Source: Octopus sinensis
Taxonomy: Eukaryota
DNA length: 13,090 nt
NCBI RefSeq assembly: GCF_006345805.1
Contig: NW_021826430.1
Coordinates: 1 to 13,090, forward strand
Direction of reading: 5' to 3'
Position 1 is the first letter of the stretch; each line of letters opens with the position of its first letter. Under the pieces are notes generated by a model. That model was given only the letters and a program-made list of their open reading frames with translations, did no database searches and was not told where the DNA came from. Below are positions 8,513-13,090 of this stretch, one piece after another. The position numbers were made by a program, and so were the translations under genes.

Positions 8513-9330
8513 ACTGTTGTTGGTGTTGTTGTTAAAGGTGGTGTTTGTGTTGTTATTGTTGCTGTTGTTGTTTTTGTCGTTGTTATTTTAATCCTAGCGC
8601 ACATTTACATCAGACCAGCAGGCGTCTGATGAAAAAGAAACCAGCTGTGGCCATTTCCCCACCCCCCATCAAACTATGTGTATGTAGGACTAATTAATCC
8701 GGTAGGACACCCCCTTCACCTGTTTCCTTCCCCCCACTACGCACACATGCCCACATACTCCCATATATACATATGTGCGCACACACACAAATAAGTAGTA
8801 AGACAGAAAGATAGATAAATAGACAGAGAAAGACTCATAAACACGAAGGGATTCCACACAGTTTCCATCTACTAAATCCAAGGTGCTCTAGTAGAAATAA
8901 TTGATTAAGGAGATGCAAGGTAGTATATTTAATCCCGCAGCAATAAGTCTCTTTTTATAGGCCAGTTTGTTGAGGAGTGAGGCTGATTTACTTAGTATTT
9001 CTAGCAAGGTAAGCGAGCACATATAGGCTCTCTCGTTGCCTTGTGTTTATGTTTTTGTGCATGTGTGAGAGAGAGAGAGAGAGAGAAAGAGAGAAGGAGA
9101 GAGAGAGGGAGAGAGACAGAGATTGTTGCTTTAGATTATATTTATTCGCCAAAAATCTTTGATGGAGAATATCTGCAGCCAGAGGCGTTCCAGTTGAGAC
9201 CATCCTGCATATTCTTATATTTAAAACTACATTATTCAACGTGTCCCTCCTTTTTACTATGATGTGATTCTAAGCTTAAGTTTCAGGATATTTGGCTGGT
9301 ATGTCTAGCAGATCATTTGATCTTCTAGAG

Positions 9331-9346
9331 CAGGCATAGGCAAACT
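9331..9346 (+). mobile_element. hAT/Charlie-like terminal sequence (mirrored at 10195-10210)
   Basis: CAGGCATAGGCAAACT preceded by TTCTAGAG, matching the NTCTAGAN target preference of Charlie-type hATs. No partner end was found. Confidence 0.45.
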
Positions 9347-9443
9347 ATCCGAGAATCGGGTCGCATGAGACATGGCCCATCATCAGGTAGGCCGAACTAC
9401 TAAATTCAAGGTTATTCTTAGTTTGGTGTGCCGTTCAGGATGT

Positions 9444-9607
9444 GGGTCTGTCGGCACCTAGAATGGCAGGTCCATACCATCCAATAACGTCGTGGGACGC
9501 TGGGCAGAAGGACCAGTTAAACTGCTCGGTATCTGGTTCGGTCTAGATCTCCAGATCGAGAACTGGGACGAGGTGACGAGCAGGATGGCCAATGTTAGCT
9601 AGAAATG
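9444..9607 (+). mobile_element. L1/Tx1-clade LINE ORF2 fragment (end of RT domain)
   Basis: Reads GT*NGRSIPSNNVVGRWAEGPVKLLGIWFGLDLQIENWDEVTSRMANVS*K. The VKLLG(I/V)WF..D....NW pattern matches L1/Tx1 RT motif 7 and the following helix. Confidence 0.7.
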
Positions 9608-9854
9608 ACCAAAGGACTTTAGCATCCATATGTTTTAAGAGTTGAAAGTAATTATATGTTTGTATTTGCTAACTGTTGTAGGCCTTCTCAACACTTTTCT
9701 CTGCGGGTGCTCATATATACTCAAAGGATAAGCTTCTGGAAAGACTCTTATAGTTCCAGTGATGGCTTAGATCAGTAGTCTTCGAATTTGCTTTCTCCTT
9801 TCTGGTTTGAATGTACGTAAATATATTTATTAATTATATATGCTTCTATTATAG

Positions 9855-9994
9855 ATTGTCCAGAGGGCGCTCCGGTTGATGGACCATTTGTGAATGGACC
9901 GTGTAAAGTTTGCGTCCGTGTGGTTCCACCTGGGCAATATCGAACGTCAGGAGACGTAGAGTTTCAGCAGACAAATACGTGCAGGTGTAAAAAC
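9855..9994 (+). CDS. 140-nt internal coding exon of an unidentified Cys-rich (probably extracellular) protein
   Basis: Acceptor TGCTTCTATTATAG| and perfect donor AAC|GTAAGT, with GC content above the flanks. The frame is open: (D)CPEGAPVDGPFVNGPCKVCVRVVPPGQYRTSGDVEFQQTNTCRCKN, with 5 Cys; phase 1 in, phase 0 out. Confidence 0.7.
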
Positions 9995-10071
9995 GTAAGT
10001 AGCATCGAAATTCTACACAAACAACAAACTATCATAAGTATACACGCGTTCGATCATTTACATACAACGAT

Positions 10072-10097
10072 GTCATGGGCAAACTGAGGCCCGCGGG
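10072..10097 (+). mobile_element. hAT/Charlie MITE-like left-end fragment abutting the duplication breakpoint
   Basis: GTCATGGGCAAACTGAGGCCCGCGGG resembles the CAGGCATGGGCAAACTNNGGCCCGCGGG ends of Charlie-type elements; it is cut exactly at 10097/10098. Confidence 0.5.
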
Positions 10098-10451
10098 ACA
10101 TCCTGAACGGCACACCAAACTAAGAATAACCTTGAATTTAGTAGTTCGGCCTACCTGATGATGGGCCATGTCTCATGCGACCCGATTCTCGGATAGTTTG
10201 CCTATGCCTGGTCTAGAAGATCAAATGATCTGCTAGACATACCAGCCAAATGTCCTGAAACTTAAGCTTAAAATCACATCATAGTAAAAAGGAGGGATAC
10301 GTTGGATAATGTAGTTTTAAATATAAGAATAGGCAGGATGGTCTCAACTGGAACGCCTCTGGCTGCAGATATTCTCCATCAAAGATATTTGGCGAATAAA
10401 TATAATCTAAAGCAACAATCTCTCTCTCTTTCTCTCTCTCCCTCTCTCTCT

Positions 10452-10490
<39 letters not shown>

Positions 10491-10659
10491 TGCACAAAAA
10501 CATAAACACAAGGCAACGAGAGAGCCTATATGTGCTCGATTACCTTGCTAGAAATACTAAGTAAATCAGCCTCACTCCTCAACAAACTGGCCTATAAAAA
10601 GAGACAACAGCAACAATAACAACACAAACACCACCTTCAACAACAACACCAACAACAGT

Positions 10660-11051
10660 GGAGGCGCAATGGCCCATTGGTTAGGGCAATGGACTCCCGG
10701 TCGGAGGATTGCGGTTTCAATTCCCAGACTGGGCTTTGTGTGTGTTTATTGAGCGAAAACACCTAAAGTTTCACGAGGCTCCGGCAGAGGATGGTGGCGA
10801 CTCCTGTTGTACTATTTCGCCCCAACTTTCTCTCACTCTTTCTTCTTGTTTCTTGTCCCCGACTTCCTACGCAACCACTGACCCTGGTTGCGCATTCATC
10901 CATCCGTCGATGCTCTCGGTTTCGGGGGTTGACCTGCTTTCTCTTTTGCGGGTCTTACGAATAGCAGAGGACCACGTTTCGGACTTCTCCCACTACAGAG
11001 GCGCGATCTTGCGAGCTGTGGGACGAAGACCGCTTCGCTCAACAAACAAAC
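10660..11051 (+). mobile_element. tRNA-derived SINE, copy 3 (mirror of copy 2 in right arm)
   Basis: GGAGGCGCAATGGCCCATTGGTTAGGGC head and (CAAA)n tail. Confidence 0.9.
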
Positions 11052-11410
11052 AACAACTACAACCGTAACAGCAATAACAACTGCTACAAATGCAGCCTCA
11101 ATCACGGCAATAGATTTTGCACACAACTAAATAATCATTTTCCGTAATTATGGTCTTTTTCTAACACAGCAGAATCTTTATTTCTTTCATTTCGTTATTC
11201 CTGTCTTGTTTCTTTATCGTAGAGATGCTTAAACCATTTTGGAATGTGATGAACCGGTGCCAATCGACCCCAATGCTGCTTTCCCACATTGTTGTAGGAG
11301 AACGGCTAAAAACAAGGAAACACAAAACGGAATTCTTCATGATGTCATTGAGAAGATTCTAAAGTCACACTTTAGCTTCGTACAACTCTGATCGCGAATA
11401 AATCGTGCTT

Positions 11411-11578
<168 letters not shown>

Positions 11579-11813
11579 CAGACAGACATATATGTTTCTT
11601 TATTACCCACAAGGGGCTAAACATAGAGGGGACAAACAAGGACAGACAAAAGAATTAAGTCGATTACATCGAAAGGATGAAAGGCCGAAAAATTAAGTAC
11701 CAGTTACGCACTGGGGTCGATGTAATTGACTTAATTCGTTTGTCTGTCCTTGTTTATCCCCTCTATGTTTAACCCCCTTGTAGGTAATAAAGAAACATAT
11801 CTATCTATCTATC

Positions 11814-11844
<31 letters not shown>

Positions 11845-11879
11845 TATATATATATATATAATATAGATATATAATATAT

Positions 11880-11924
<45 letters not shown>

Positions 11925-12320
11925 CACGATGTATTCGTGATCAGAGTTGTTCGAAAACCGAGGTTCTATTGTACTAATGAAGTCTCTGAATGAATAAATT
12001 GGATTAATTATGATAATGACTTTCATATGTTGTTGTTGTTGTTATTAAGATTACAATTTTGTGAAGTGTTCATTTCATCATAAGTTTGTGTCGCATCTGT
12101 ATCGTGTTTCTATGTAGACTTCGTGTTTCTTTTCGTTACAAAACATCCTCTTGTCTCAGACCGGTATAGAAACCAATGTGGGAGCATGGAGATATGCAAG
12201 AATACGATACTAATAAAAGATTAGGATCAAAGAACTGTATATGCATATGTGTGTGTGTGTGTGTGTGTAAGTGTATGTGTGTGTTTTTTCCCATCTTGTT
12301 TCTCTCCTTGTTTTTTCTGT

Positions 12321-12362
12321 GTCCCTTTCTGTAGAAGAGCGTAGGCTCGAAACGTAAAAGAC
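12321..12362 (+). ncRNA. Minimal, atypical type I hammerhead-like motif (possible PLE terminal-repeat remnant)
   Basis: CTTT-CUGUAGA-A-GAGC(GUAG)GCUC-GAAA-C-GU-A-AAAG. Stems I and II are present and stem III is reduced to the palindrome ACGU, but there is an A6-to-U deviation. Confidence 0.4.
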
Positions 12363-12474
12363 TTTTTCTATTCCTGAGCGTTATACTAATACATCTGTCT
12401 TTGTACACCACCTGTCTTCGTCTTTTGTTGGTTTTTTTCGTAAACTCTTCCGATATATATGCATATATATATAT

Positions 12475-12516
<42 letters not shown>

Positions 12517-12710
12517 TTATTATATTATATTAAATTAGAGATAAAACCACTATTAGGCAAATCAAACAAGGAAATCATAAGCCAATACATAGAAATAAAA
12601 TTAATTCAAAAATATAAAATAAAATATAAAAAATATAAAAATTCAAATTGAAATATTGGAATTAAAGTTAAAATTTTAAAATTATTTAAATAACTTAAAC
12701 TTATAAATTT

Positions 12711-12711
<1 letters not shown>

Positions 12712-12785
<74 letters not shown>
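12712..12785. repeat. (TA)n microsatellite
   Basis: Direct reading. Confidence 0.98.
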
Positions 12786-12788
<3 letters not shown>

Positions 12789-13000
12789 GTGAAATAGAAA
12801 GATGAATAATCTCTGTAGTAGATTAATCAAAAGTTTAAACGATACCTTAGTAGCAAAAATCACAGCAGTAAACAGCACGGTTGGAGGTACAACCATCTGG
12901 CGTTGCAACCGTGCGTTGGTGCGGATAATTGAAATTAAAACATTATTGGTGAATTGAAGAAATGGAGCTGAACGCAGATTGAACAGAAATCGTTTTATTT

Positions 13001-13090
13001 TTCTCCATTGTGAAACACAACTTTCGTTTTTGCATGATATGAACACAAAACAGACACACGCGCGTGCGCACGCAGTCACACATACACACA
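13001..13090 (+). repeat. Direct repeat of 6799-6888, running off the window end
   Basis: TTCTCCATTGTGAAACACAAC...CAGTCACACATACACACA, one mismatch in 90 bp. Confidence 0.92.

Noticed and set aside
8626-8648. CTGATGA-AAAA-GAAAC motif
   Set aside because: No stem II, and the cleavage triplet would be GUG.
10148-10202. CTGATGA-TGGG..CCC-GATT motif
   Set aside because: The GAAA box reads GATT and stem I is only 5/7; at best a heavily decayed relic overlapping a hAT-like end.
12331-12460. Strong-looking acceptor CTTTCTGTAG| as the next phase-0 exon
   Set aside because: It lies in repeat-like sequence containing the hammerhead-like motif, has no clear donor, and the frame runs into (TA)n.
12875-12914. 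GCACGGTTG/CAACCGTGC hairpin as a Helitron 3' end
   Set aside because: The 22-nt loop is too long and no CTRR terminus follows at the expected distance.

Overview
Repeat-dense eukaryotic (non-prokaryotic) DNA. The SINE/MITE families and microsatellite load resemble coleoid cephalopod (probably Octopus) genomes; this is recognition from memory, not a database result. The left 2.8 kb is a stack of dead transposon fragments: a Tc1/mariner with one TIR, a Penelope-like RT fragment, a LINE ORF1 zinc knuckle, a tRNA-derived SINE and a MITE. The most notable feature is 4839-6127, a non-coding element made of three copies of a ~412-bp unit (one inverted, two in tandem). Each copy carries a type I hammerhead ribozyme motif with a long stem II and a palindromic GUAC stem-III loop, the form known from Penelope-like pseudo-LTRs and retrozymes, and only the middle copy has an intact core. 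The right half is a ~2.2-2.5-kb inverted duplication (about 2-4% diverged by hand count) enclosing a 654-bp spacer. That spacer holds one well-formed 140-nt Cys-rich exon, which splices in phase to a 44-nt hydrophobic exon at 4322-4365. Each arm also contains a nested ~570-bp fold-back. Most ORF-track entries are microsatellite artefacts.
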